A stretch of 63,856 bases of DNA, the filler included, from Stramenopiles sp. TOSAG23-3 (lineage: Eukaryota): the NCBI GenBank assembly GCA_900128585.1. It is 27 parts of 27 records of this genome, joined end to end, with 100 filler letters (N's around TTAATTAATTAA, not from the genome) between each part and the next. Parts side by side here need not be neighbours in the genome. Positions count along the whole stretch, not along the records: positions 1 to 2,282 come from LT644920.1; positions 2,383 to 4,663 come from LT644921.1; positions 4,764 to 7,043 come from LT644922.1; positions 7,144 to 9,423 come from LT644923.1; positions 9,524 to 11,803 come from LT644924.1; 22 more parts are not named here. The stretch is one strand, 5' to 3'. Below are positions 1 to 9,602 of this stretch, piece by piece. The stretch's first letter is position 1. Each line of letters starts with the position of its first letter. The notes below the pieces were generated by a model. It was not told the DNA's origin and did not search any database. It saw only the letters and a program-made list of their open reading frames with translations. The position numbers were made by a program, and so were the translations under genes.

Positions 1-79
1 AATCCCCCCGTACGTGTTGTGTAAGCTAATAATCCTACCTCCCTGATAATTTCATTCTCTCTTCTTCCTTCTTCCTTCT
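1..79 (+). repeat. 79-bp perfect inverted repeat, left copy (partner 2204-2282)
   Basis: aatccccccg...cttccttct is the exact reverse complement of the last 79 nt of contig 1. Confidence 0.95.
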
Positions 80-545
80 GAAAATCCTGAATGAAAATCC
101 AAAACAATGATGATGTTGTATGTAGTACTGTATAAAAAATATTTTTTTATTAGCACAGTAGTACAGCATTAGCAAAAAAAAAGATTATTAATATGTTGTT
201 GAGAGGAGGAGGAAACACAACAGATCTTTTCTCTAGACGACTACGCACGAGTAGTCGTTCTAAATAAAATGTAATGATGAATGATGTTGTGGTGGTGTAT
301 TATACATTCATCATATATGATGGACCAACAACATAAAATAATAATATTTGTATTTTTAAATTATTATCTGTATTCCCCGCAATGAAATGTATGACTTCAC
401 ACAATTTTTTTTTTTTTTAGTAATTTGCAGGCTGTGCTATACTCGGTCTAAACACCTGCTCTTTTCACAGTATATAGGCGCGTCTTCGACATTTTCTTCG
501 TCAAAACAACAGTGGCACCACTTTTAGAATAGAATTAGAGCCACG

Positions 546-2231
546 ATGGAACGGTCGAGAGACTACTTGCCCGTGCGCGTAGGCAAATGGAGAAAAAGCA
601 GTTTTCTCGCATTCTGTTGCTCTATCATCGGCTTGTTGGCGTTGACAATGACGGCCGGGGTGATTCAGTCCAGGACTATTCCATATTTTATCGTGAAAGA
701 TCCCGTTGGCGGGGAGGGCACGGACTATCCTATCTTGACGTCTCGCTGCGAAGTGGACGAATATGGGAACGTGGACAAGACGAACTATTGCTTTTCGCAT
801 TACTTTGGGATATCGGACATCTTCACCCAGTACTTCAGCATGGACGCTTTCTTCAAAGTGAAGGAAGCTTATAAGAGCGACGGAGAATATACAAAACTAA
901 AGTTTAAAATTACATGGCTGGGCAGGGGACCAGAGGCCGGGACCTGCAAGCAGGACGGTTGCTCTGCGTGCCTGAAGAAAGCGGAAGGCTCGCAGACCAA
1001 ATGTCTTCTGGGTGGGGCCTCTCCGTGCAGCCGCTGTGACGTTGAGTGTTACCGTTGCATTCAGAGCCTGGGGACAGACTGTGACGTAAAGGGTGAAAGC
1101 AGCGAAACGATGACCCGCGACGAAAAAATTCTTTCTGTTTGTAAAGCGAGCGAAAACTCCTTCTCTTTCCAGCATTGGAAGAAGATTGCTTTCAACCAAA
1201 CGACAAACAGAAAGCTTCGTTGCCATTCGGGAGAGAAAGATTGCAAACCGGTGGTGCTTTTCAAAACGACGCACGTGGAGTTCAACACTTATTACTTTCG
1301 AGTCGCCATATCGGACATAACCAAGCGGCAGCTGGACATGCTGGACACGGTATCCTTCAAATTGATGTTTCAAAACCCAAAATTCTCCGTCTATAAACTT
1401 GCGTTCAAGTACACGTTCGTAGTTCTCAATGTGATTGTGCTGTGCCTCTTTGAGATGAAAGTTCGCAAACGAAGGCAAATGCAGAGTCGGGGTCGGACGA
1501 ATTCTAACGGCGGGCACGCCGGCCAGGCAACGAACGCTGCCGTTAACCCTGCTAGTACCGGACATGGGGAGATGACTCTGCGCCAGCGCGCTGCTCGGAT
1601 GAACTCGACGACGTGGGTACGAGTGCTCCTGACATCACTGCTGCTATTCAACAATCCTTTGCATGCGTTCGAATACTTCAGCTCAACGAGACGATTTTTC
1701 GGGGTATTATGCGTTTTATTTGAAATTGCATTCCTTGGGGCATTGTTCGCATTCTGGCTGGTCGAGTTCGACGATTTGGCGGACGAGCAATCGGGCACGG
1801 ACGGGGGGAGCGCGACCAGATTTCATAGCTGCACTTGCGTTTGTGGCTTAAAGTCGATTCTGGTTTTATCCTTTCTGCTGGTGGGAGCCGTCAGTTTCAG
1901 TTGGATAAAAGTGACCGAATTCGCTGACCCACTCTACGATTATCACGAGGACCGTGCCGTCTGGAATTTCATTCGTGCATTCTTGGTGGTGTGGGGCATT
2001 TTCTACTTGCTTGCGCTATCTTACTTTATGTTTCGAGCGTTTGGAAAGTGGTTTTGTCGATCAAATAGCCCAAGCTGGTTTGGAACGTTAAACCCGTGCG
2101 ACAGGGACTCGAGGCGTTGGCAGAGAGCCTGGTTGACTTTGTTCCATCTGTTCTTCATGGCGATTGGCGTGGGGGGTTTAGCCTTTGGAAGGGTGACACA
2201 GATAGAAGGAAGAAGGAAGAAGAGAGAATGA
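546..2231 (+). CDS. TMEM181/Wntless-like multi-pass membrane protein with a Cys-rich luminal insertion; 3' end probably truncated by the inverted-repeat junction
   Basis: N-terminal TM, luminal domain, QNPKFSVYKLAFKYTF, LLLFNNPL...ALFAFWLV and further TM helices. The last codons run into the 79-bp repeat. Confidence 0.6.
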   Translation: MERSRDYLPVRVGKWRKSSFLAFCCSIIGLLALTMTAGVIQSRTIPYFIVKDPVGGEGTDYPILTSRCEVDEYGNVDKTNYCFSHYFGISDIFTQYFSMDAFFKVKEAYKSDGEYTKLKFKITWLGRGPEAGTCKQDGCSACLKKAEGSQTKCLLGGASPCSRCDVECYRCIQSLGTDCDVKGESSETMTRDEKILSVCKASENSFSFQHWKKIAFNQTTNRKLRCHSGEKDCKPVVLFKTTHVEFNTYYFRVAISDITKRQLDMLDTVSFKLMFQNPKFSVYKLAFKYTFVVLNVIVLCLFEMKVRKRRQMQSRGRTNSNGGHAGQATNAAVNPASTGHGEMTLRQRAARMNSTTWVRVLLTSLLLFNNPLHAFEYFSSTRRFFGVLCVLFEIAFLGALFAFWLVEFDDLADEQSGTDGGSATRFHSCTCVCGLKSILVLSFLLVGAVSFSWIKVTEFADPLYDYHEDRAVWNFIRAFLVVWGIFYLLALSYFMFRAFGKWFCRSNSPSWFGTLNPCDRDSRRWQRAWLTLFHLFFMAIGVGGLAFGRVTQIEGRRKKRE

Positions 2232-2282
2232 AATTATCAGGGAGGTAGGATTATTAGCTTACACAACACGTACGGGGGGATT
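2204..2282 (-). repeat. 79-bp perfect inverted repeat, right copy
   Basis: Reverse complement of 1-79. Confidence 0.95.
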
Positions 2283-2382
2283 NNNNNNNNNNNNNNNNNN
2301 NNNNNNNNNNNNNNNNNNNNNNNNNNTTAATTAATTAANNNNNNNNNNNNNNNNNNNNNNNNNNNNNNNNNNNNNNNNNNNN
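2283..2382. other. Artificial contig-joining spacer (44 N + TTAATTAATTAA + 44 N); first of 26 identical spacers
   Basis: The same 100-nt block recurs every ~2.35 kb. The 12-mer puts stops in all six frames, and contig lengths fall steadily from 2282 to 2249 bp. Confidence 0.98.
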
Positions 2383-4137
2383 CACGACGCTCTTGGAAGC
2401 AGTGGGGGGGTGCTGAAAGCCGCGGAGCGTGTTGTCAAGGCTGCAGCAGAAAGAGACGTGCAGAACGAAGCGCTGGGGCATGGTGCTTCTCCCGATTTGC
2501 ACCAAGCTGCAGCTGATTTGTACGATGGTCAAAACGTACGGGCAAAGGGGGAGGAAATCCCATCAAATTACCACGCAACGCCTACGGCGAAGGAGACGGG
2601 TAAGCCAACAGGGGAGACCAGTGGCAGCGCTACCCCACCGGCCATGCCTCCCCTGGTGCCGAAATTTCACGCCGCCAATAGCGTGAACGATGCCACAAAT
2701 GTCATGGGTGGGTGCAACCTCGATCCTGTCTCTTTGTGCAAAATGGAAAACCCTGGAATTGTAATTCTTACTCACGATCGAGAAGAATATGTCACTCAAA
2801 CCCTGAAATCTTTGATTGCCCTTCCAGAAATTAAACGATTCAATGTTTATGTCTCCATCGATGATCCCAACTCTTACAATAGATTAGAATTAGCTGTACA
2901 AAGAATCCAGAGAATGGCCCCGGGTGTCTCGATTGCTACATGGAGAAAACCTCGTCCGAGCACTTTTTCCCACCCATTTTTGCGTAGCGCGCTGTCCTGT
3001 ATTTCCCAACACTTTAAGTTCGTAATGGAGCGAGGCTTTCATGAGATAGGGCACTCCCATTTGATCATGATAGAGGATGATTTATTACTCGGGAAAGACT
3101 TTCTTAAGCTTTTCGAAGAAACTGCTTGGTTGATCAAGGCCGAACCGGAGAAAACGTTTTGTGTCTCGGCATGGAATGACAATGGTCTGAAGAATTTGGT
3201 GCGCACGAGCGAAGCCGCAGGAAAGTCGGCGCTGATGCGGACGGGATACTTTCCTGGCCTGGGTTGGATGACCACCAAGGAAGTGTGGAATGACTTGCGC
3301 AACAAATGGCCTGAACGCCCTACAACGGGGTGGGACCATTGGATTCGGCTGTCGACATCCATGAACGGAAGAGAATGCATAATACCAGAAATTCCCCGAA
3401 CCAAGCATATTTCCAGTCATGGCACAAACGTGAACTCTGCACAAGCTGTAAAGAAATTCCAAAAATATGCTTTCATCGACGAAACGGGGGGAAATCCGAA
3501 CGGTTTCCCGGATACCAGGGCACTGCTGTCTGAAAATTACGCTACCGCCATGCAGGGGATGGTATCTGGGGCTGTTCGGGTTAGACATCTTAATGAAGTG
3601 GACCAAGTCAAGAACACAAATATGCAGCGTGCAGGATCGAATTCATTTCTGGTTTTGTACAAGCGAGAGGAGTTCGAGAGACTGGCCCCCGAATTTGGTC
3701 TTTTTCCCACTCAGGCCCGAGGATGGCATGAGGGCATCATAATATCCCGTGTTCCCCAAGGCCACTCGCAGGCTGGACGTCCTCTTCTTCTGGCCGATGT
3801 CCGGAAAGCCAAGTATATCAAGGTAAACGAAAGGATGGAACAAAACACTGGCACATTGAAGGTTGCAGCTGCAAGAGGACAATCTTGCGAGGAAGCATGC
3901 AGGGCAAGGAAAAAAGGATGTTTGGAAGACCAGCTCGAGTTTTTAAATACGTGTGAATCTTTTAGTGGGATATTTCCGTGTGAAGCAGGGTGTGGGCACC
4001 AGATTGGGGCTGAGATTCCATGCTATGTTGCAGACCGAACACAGCCCACGTACCAGCAATGCCTAATTACTGATCATGGGACCGTGCGGTGTGGGTCGAA
4101 ACATATGTCCACGCAGCGCATATGTGCTTGCGGTTGA
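2383..4137 (+). CDS. MGAT1: Alpha-1,3-mannosyl-glycoprotein beta-1,2-N-acetylglucosaminyltransferase (GnT-I, GT13) with an extra Cys-rich C-terminal domain; 5' partial
   Basis: GT13 motifs ISQHFK, IEDDL, CVSAWNDNG, RTGYFPGLGWM, WDHWIR, RECIIPEIPRT. The frame is open from the contig start. Confidence 0.85.
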   Translation, partial: HDALGSSGGVLKAAERVVKAAAERDVQNEALGHGASPDLHQAAADLYDGQNVRAKGEEIPSNYHATPTAKETGKPTGETSGSATPPAMPPLVPKFHAANSVNDATNVMGGCNLDPVSLCKMENPGIVILTHDREEYVTQTLKSLIALPEIKRFNVYVSIDDPNSYNRLELAVQRIQRMAPGVSIATWRKPRPSTFSHPFLRSALSCISQHFKFVMERGFHEIGHSHLIMIEDDLLLGKDFLKLFEETAWLIKAEPEKTFCVSAWNDNGLKNLVRTSEAAGKSALMRTGYFPGLGWMTTKEVWNDLRNKWPERPTTGWDHWIRLSTSMNGRECIIPEIPRTKHISSHGTNVNSAQAVKKFQKYAFIDETGGNPNGFPDTRALLSENYATAMQGMVSGAVRVRHLNEVDQVKNTNMQRAGSNSFLVLYKREEFERLAPEFGLFPTQARGWHEGIIISRVPQGHSQAGRPLLLADVRKAKYIKVNERMEQNTGTLKVAAARGQSCEEACRARKKGCLEDQLEFLNTCESFSGIFPCEAGCGHQIGAEIPCYVADRTQPTYQQCLITDHGTVRCGSKHMSTQRICACG

Positions 4138-4763
4138 ATGCTGTAGTGTCTACAAGAGTAATATGTTTTTATTTTTCGCTCTGTTTTGTGATGTACGTGT
4201 AGAGACTTTTTTATAGTGCTTCTAGAATCACCACTATAAAAACGCGTACCGGTATTAATAATATCATAGTACATTTTATTATTTATAGCCCATACAACAA
4301 AAACAAAATAATTGTGTGTTGAAAAAAGAGCCTATTATTCATATATTAAAATAATAAGTTTAATAGGACTCTATACTCTATTCCTATGTAGAGCAAATAA
4401 TTTGTATTTTTTATTGATAGGTATGATGATATATTTATATAAGTATTAATTAATGTAGTTTATGTTGGAAGAATTAATAAAAAATGCCCTTCTTCTTGTC
4501 GTTTGTTTGTTCGTTTTTTTTTTGTGTTGTTGGTTGTTGTGTGTGTACTTTTTTTCAAAAAAAAAAATGAAAAATAATATTATTAATAATTCGAAAAAAG
4601 AGTACGAAGTAATATTAAGCTCTTGTTGAATTAGAACCCCAAAGGTTTGTCTCCGAAAAGTTCNNNNNNNNNNNNNNNNNNNNNNNNNNNNNNNNNNNNN
4701 NNNNNNNTTAATTAATTAANNNNNNNNNNNNNNNNNNNNNNNNNNNNNNNNNNNNNNNNNNNN

Positions 4764-5120
4764 AAACGCTTTGGCGGTTTTAACACTGCCGCTCTTGGAG
4801 ATAAGTGCTTGGTATACAAGGTCGAAAAGGAAGAAATGAAACCAGGAGATATTTTGTTAAATATGCGTGGGTATTGCAAAGACAAAATCGTCAACAATAC
4901 TAACGCGAAGACTTTCGGCGGCCATGTAACAATGTTCACAAAATGGTTTAACGATGACAAAACGGCGTACTACGGTTACGAAGAAAGCGCGTCGAAAGGG
5001 GCCGTACATCGGTACATAACGTACCCATACTGGAGAAACCATTCCCCTCAGTGCTACCATGCGTACCGGTTCTACAAAAGTTGCGATGCGACCAAATCGC
5101 CTCCTCCCCATTGCAGCTAA
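4764..5120 (+). CDS. C-terminal fragment of an NlpC/P60-like peptidoglycan endopeptidase
   Basis: Frame open from the contig start: ...GGFNTAAL...EMKPGDILL...GGHVTMFTKW...YYGYEE...ITYPYW...YHAYRF. This matches the PGD...HV-x-hF...YE pattern of NlpC/P60. The catalytic Cys would lie upstream, off the contig. Confidence 0.6.
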   Translation, partial: KRFGGFNTAALGDKCLVYKVEKEEMKPGDILLNMRGYCKDKIVNNTNAKTFGGHVTMFTKWFNDDKTAYYGYEESASKGAVHRYITYPYWRNHSPQCYHAYRFYKSCDATKSPPPHCS

Positions 5121-5137
5121 ACAATACTTTCAAAAAA

Positions 5138-5159
5138 CAAGAAAATTGGCTGTTATTTA
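5138..5159. repeat. Dispersed motif CAAGAAAATTGGCTGTTATTTA (copy 1; others at 24386, 35706, 42747, 42951, 51578, 51848, 60316, 60357)
   Basis: Near-identical 18-40 nt matches on six separate contigs. Confidence 0.85.
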
Positions 5160-5344
5160 ATTTTGGGATTTTGCAGCGGGGTCCATTAAAAAAGTGGTCC
5201 TTGAGTAATTTATTAATACAAAGTACTTTGTAAAAAAATCAATATCAGAAAGTTGTCGGGGCATCCCCATACGCCTCCAAATTTAAACACTAAGCATGGA
5301 TCGGGCCATGCTGAGAAATTTCTCTCTCATTACACCACTCCCCT

Positions 5345-6367
5345 TTACTGCAGGGCGCAGCCTTCCGGCGTGACAATACTATCCCGGTCGTATTTGTCCC
5401 CTCCACTACCACTACTCTTACTATTTTCCTTCTTTTTCGATCCGGCCTTGTAATCGTTTTCTTTCGATTTTGGCTCCTGGTCGTGGTCTACTACCTTTAG
5501 CTTGACCCTTCTGCTAGTGTCCCGTATGAAGTTGGTTTTCCCTGGGGCTCTCGGCAGCTGCTTTGTGACGTAACCCCTGGACCTGTCATTGCACATGATG
5601 CAGGAAAGAAACGGTTGATTCTCTGCACCTTCAACATTTTCGGAGACGGACTTCCCATTGTTTCCTGCGACCGCGCGGAGAGACTCGTACGTTTCCAAAT
5701 TTTTTAGCAAGAGTTCGTTTATTCGGGAGAAAACATCAATCACACAATTATGACTCGAGACTGTTGTGCGCAAAAAATTAATCCCCACGCGACCCGAGAA
5801 CAGGCGGGCCTTCTCTGAACTCACTTTTAGCTCTTCCTTTGGTAAATCGCATTTGGACGCGACAAGGACGATGGCGTGCAAACCTGCTTTCCGCTCGTTG
5901 ATCCGTGCGATGATTCTCTTTGCTGTCATGTACGATTTCATACTTCCCATGCTGAAACACACTATGAAACCCGTTGGGTAATCCCCATTGCCATCAATGA
6001 CTTCGTTTGTTCGCTCAAAACACAGATCAACGATCTGAAGAGTGCTTGTGGCGTTCTTCCGACTTCCATGACTTTCTTCAATGATGTGATATTCATCCTC
6101 ATTCGTCGGTTCGGTTTGGACAACAACACCTTTGGCCCTTTGGAACGCCATGGAAGTCTTCCCAACCCCCCTGGACCCTAAAAGAAAAACTTGAAAAACA
6201 CTCTCTCCTTTGAGCCGCAAATCGTGTATCCAAAGCGGCAGTTCCTGCGGGGTAGCCATCATGCCGCTTGGATTCCCTGGCGTTGCAGCACGGTCGACGC
6301 AGCCGTCCTGACCACCAGCACTATCGGGCCTCCCTCGCTTTCGTGGGCTACTTATTCTCCGTTTCAT
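5345..6367 (-). CDS. Divergent Ras-superfamily small GTPase with a C-terminal CaaX box
   Basis: G1 GSRGVGKTS, effector-like EPTNEDEY, G4 ASKCD, ends CALQ. The G3 DxxG motif is degenerate (VDLCFE). Confidence 0.7.
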   Translation of the reverse strand: MKRRISSPRKRGRPDSAGGQDGCVDRAATPGNPSGMMATPQELPLWIHDLRLKGESVFQVFLLGSRGVGKTSMAFQRAKGVVVQTEPTNEDEYHIIEESHGSRKNATSTLQIVDLCFERTNEVIDGNGDYPTGFIVCFSMGSMKSYMTAKRIIARINERKAGLHAIVLVASKCDLPKEELKVSSEKARLFSGRVGINFLRTTVSSHNCVIDVFSRINELLLKNLETYESLRAVAGNNGKSVSENVEGAENQPFLSCIMCNDRSRGYVTKQLPRAPGKTNFIRDTSRRVKLKVVDHDQEPKSKENDYKAGSKKKENSKSSGSGGDKYDRDSIVTPEGCALQ

Positions 6368-7145
6368 ACCTTTCTATAAATTACAAAATTATGGATCGTT
6401 CAAACGGGATCACGCATTTAGAAATGTAAAGGTTACCTTCTTGCGAATCAATTGATACTAAAAAATATGCACATGTTATCAAAAGAAGAATTTAATTTGA
6501 ATGAAGTTTTCTTGCGCTTTTAACTCATATATTTTTATTTTATTTACGAAGAAGTATGCCGTATAATATATTTTTATTGTTTCATTTTATTATTGTGTTG
6601 TTGTTGTGTGTTGTTGTTACACACACCACCCACATTTTTCAAAAACATTTTTTAATAAAAATATTACATACATGTATTATCGGTACAGGTGCGGTACGGG
6701 TATTAATACTACAGTACAACCCGAACCGAAACATGGATCTTTCGTTTACGTCGTGCGTGTTTTGATGATTATTCGTCTTCTACATATACCAAGTACTCTA
6801 TTTATTTACACTAATAGTTAATTATATTTTTTATATTTATTATTTATAAAATAAAATAATAATAATTGGAATATAATACGACATGAAGGATTTCACTTTA
6901 CTTAATATTTCATTTTTTATGGTACAGTTGTGAATACACAACCTCCTATTATATGACACCACATTACAAACAGAAAAAGTCACTGCCCTCCTATGGAAAT
7001 TACTAACAGCCTGGATAATGAAAAATCGGAGTCACAGCATAGTNNNNNNNNNNNNNNNNNNNNNNNNNNNNNNNNNNNNNNNNNNNNTTAATTAATTAAN
7101 NNNNNNNNNNNNNNNNNNNNNNNNNNNNNNNNNNNNNNNNNNNTG

Positions 7146-8156
7146 TTTGAGCCTGAAGAGTGGGACGGTGCTCTCTATGTCGATGGTGGGGTCTTGCGAA
7201 GAATGCCAGTGGACGCGTTTCCCCCAGAGGATATGCTCGTAATGAAGATTTCTGAAGACTTCATCCCCATCAAGCCCAACGATGTGTCGAAAATGAGCTT
7301 CATCGATTACTCTCGCCGAATGATGAAAGCGGTCGTGCACCAGTCGCAAGATCTCGACTTGGTTCAACGGAAGAAGCAAGAGGCGGGCATCGACTTTATT
7401 GATTTTACGGAGAACGCCATCGCGAAGTCTCAATCGGCCCTCGAGTTCGACATTTCGTTTGTGAAGCGGGCAAAGTTAGTAGAGGTGGGTTACTCCGTGA
7501 TGAGACAGCATTTGTCTGACCAGAACGCACAGCACGGATGTAGATCGTTTGAAGTGAATTCTACTGAATCCATGTCATGGGTCAAGAGAATGCACGAAGA
7601 GGCGAAACTGCGGGACGCAGAGATGGAAAATCGTTCAGTGACGGACCTTGCAGTGGAACGAAACGTTTTCCTTTTCTTTGCCGTCACTGTCGTTCTTACG
7701 TTCCTTTCTGGGAGGTTTCGAAATGGTATTCATAGCCTGGTACTGCAGAAGTATTCTGGCATTCAAACGGAATGTTGCGCCGCCTGCCAAAGGGGTTGGG
7801 TCCCAAGCGAATTGTCGTACAGAAAGGTCAACGCGCTTTCTTCCCTGGAATTAAAACGCGCTCTCAATAGCAGAGGGATGCGGGACGGTTCCTTGGAGAG
7901 GGAAACAAAGAGCGGAAAGAAAGGCCACCAGAAGAATTTAGATTCCCAGCGTCGCAGGCGTCTTAGGCAGGCGGTTTACGTCGAGAACATATCGTTCCGG
8001 AGGCCTTGGAGCTTGTTTTATCACTCGGACATTTTCCCCTGTCGGTGGACGACGAAAGATTTTCCAGTCAACGAGTACATTGTAGCGCTCCTGGCTCTGT
8101 TTTACATATTGTCGATGAAGACGAAGATAGAGAGCATTGTAAGGACAGAGTTGTAA
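7146..8156 (+). CDS. Patatin-like phospholipase, C-terminal part with TM segments and a SAP-like motif; 5' partial
   Basis: The frame extends to the contig start and reads FEPEEWDGALYVDGGVLRRMPV (patatin DGG motif). Two hydrophobic segments follow. Confidence 0.7.
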   Translation, partial: FEPEEWDGALYVDGGVLRRMPVDAFPPEDMLVMKISEDFIPIKPNDVSKMSFIDYSRRMMKAVVHQSQDLDLVQRKKQEAGIDFIDFTENAIAKSQSALEFDISFVKRAKLVEVGYSVMRQHLSDQNAQHGCRSFEVNSTESMSWVKRMHEEAKLRDAEMENRSVTDLAVERNVFLFFAVTVVLTFLSGRFRNGIHSLVLQKYSGIQTECCAACQRGWVPSELSYRKVNALSSLELKRALNSRGMRDGSLERETKSGKKGHQKNLDSQRRRRLRQAVYVENISFRRPWSLFYHSDIFPCRWTTKDFPVNEYIVALLALFYILSMKTKIESIVRTEL

Positions 8157-8289
8157 CTTAAAAAAGTTTTGATTATAGAATTTGTACAAATATCTGAGAA
8201 GACTATAATCACGTACAAATAAATTTAATAAGATGCACACCAAAAAATAATTTTTAAAGCAGACATTTTTTTTACATGTCTTCACAAAT

Positions 8290-9423
8290 TTATTTTGGGA
8301 CTTCGCTTTTCGAAAAGTCGCACGGAGCGCCACTTTTATCGTTGCAGCCCAACAAGACAAACTCGCTGGCGGCGACCATGCCATCGTCGAAGGAAACAAC
8401 CTGTTTCGAAGGGGAAAACGCGAGAAAGGCCATCGCTGCAATACCGTCGTTTCCGTTTGAATCAAGTTTAAAGATTCCCTTGTCGCTAACCGTGGCGTTG
8501 ACATCGATGATGATGGCTTGGCCTTCCTTTACGGCCGTTTGGTCCCCAGAGCGCATGTGGCCAGTAAAAACGTCCCCATTTGCATTTTTCCAAGCGATCG
8601 ACCCATCGCTGTACGCACTAAAATCCCATTCCCCACGGGCAAAGTTGCTGCTAACTTCAATGCCGCGCCACGTACCGATTAGCGGCGCGCCACAAGTAGC
8701 GTTGCAGTGGCCAAAATCTTTGCAGCCCGCGGTGTCCGAATCATGGCAGACGTACGGCCCGGGCTTACTACTATCGATTTGACAGTACGAATTCGGGCAA
8801 TCCGCATTGGTCATGCAGTACTTGATGTCGCACTTGTCGCAAGTAAAGGTTTGGTTGTTGCAACGAAAGATGCCTTGCTGCTTCTTGCAGCCCATTTCAC
8901 ACTGCGCTTTCGTAATGCCGGGTTTCCCTGCAGGGAGCTCCTTGCACGTTGGGTTGCTCTTGTCGACCCAGTCACACGCGTAGTCACTGCAAGATTCTCT
9001 GCGGTACTCTTTATGGCAAGTCCACGTTGGGCTGGAACGTCCCTCGTTGTCAAACCCAGCACAGTTTGCGCCTGGAGCACCTGAGGTGTAGTTCACCGGA
9101 ACGTCGCACCAGCCGCAGAGGCCAGACGGCGCGTTCAAGCAGGACGCGCAGTCGTGGAACTGATTGCAAGGGTCGTTTACAAGCGGGTTTTGCAAAGCTG
9201 TCTTTTGCAACCAGAACGGGACGACGGACATTTCCAAAGACGCTTTGAGCGCGCGTTTGCGCTCCGCAACGCGGCCAGTAAAAACTGAAGCAAAGTCGCA
9301 CTTGGTCGATTTGTCTTTGCACTTGCTCGCAACCAAGACGATGAAGTCTTCCCCGTTCATGGCGGCAAGAACAGAGGCGGGGGCCGGCCCATTTGCCTTG
9401 CCGCAGGCAAATGCAAAGTTCTC
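8290..9423 (-). CDS. Cys-rich, probably secreted protein with a PSI-like module and an internally duplicated domain; 5' partial
   Basis: CNQFHDCASCLNAPSGLCGWC is PSI-like, and two segments end in similar F-x-hL-x-x-C...CDF motifs. Confidence 0.6.
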   Translation of the reverse strand, partial: ENFAFACGKANGPAPASVLAAMNGEDFIVLVASKCKDKSTKCDFASVFTGRVAERKRALKASLEMSVVPFWLQKTALQNPLVNDPCNQFHDCASCLNAPSGLCGWCDVPVNYTSGAPGANCAGFDNEGRSSPTWTCHKEYRRESCSDYACDWVDKSNPTCKELPAGKPGITKAQCEMGCKKQQGIFRCNNQTFTCDKCDIKYCMTNADCPNSYCQIDSSKPGPYVCHDSDTAGCKDFGHCNATCGAPLIGTWRGIEVSSNFARGEWDFSAYSDGSIAWKNANGDVFTGHMRSGDQTAVKEGQAIIIDVNATVSDKGIFKLDSNGNDGIAAMAFLAFSPSKQVVSFDDGMVAASEFVLLGCNDKSGAPCDFSKSEVPK

Positions 9424-9523
9424 NNNNNNNNNNNNNNNNNNNNNNNNNNNNNNNNNNNNNNNNNNNNTTAATTAATTAANNNNNNNNNNNNNNNNNNNNN
9501 NNNNNNNNNNNNNNNNNNNNNNN

Positions 9524-9602
9524 GAAAGTTAATTCAGGCTGTTTAAAACCAACATCTTTAATTGTACTGTTTTCTTTTTTTTGTTATTTTTTGTGCACCG
9601 AT
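9524..9602 (+). repeat. 79-bp perfect inverted repeat, left copy (partner 11725-11803)
   Basis: gaaagttaattc...gtgcaccgat is the exact reverse complement of the contig end. Confidence 0.95.

Noticed and set aside
2283-2382. Regularly spaced identical TTAATTAATTAA repeats as a CRISPR-like array or chromosome-breakage signal
   Set aside because: Always embedded in exactly 44+44 N between length-sorted contigs; it is an artificial six-frame-stop linker.
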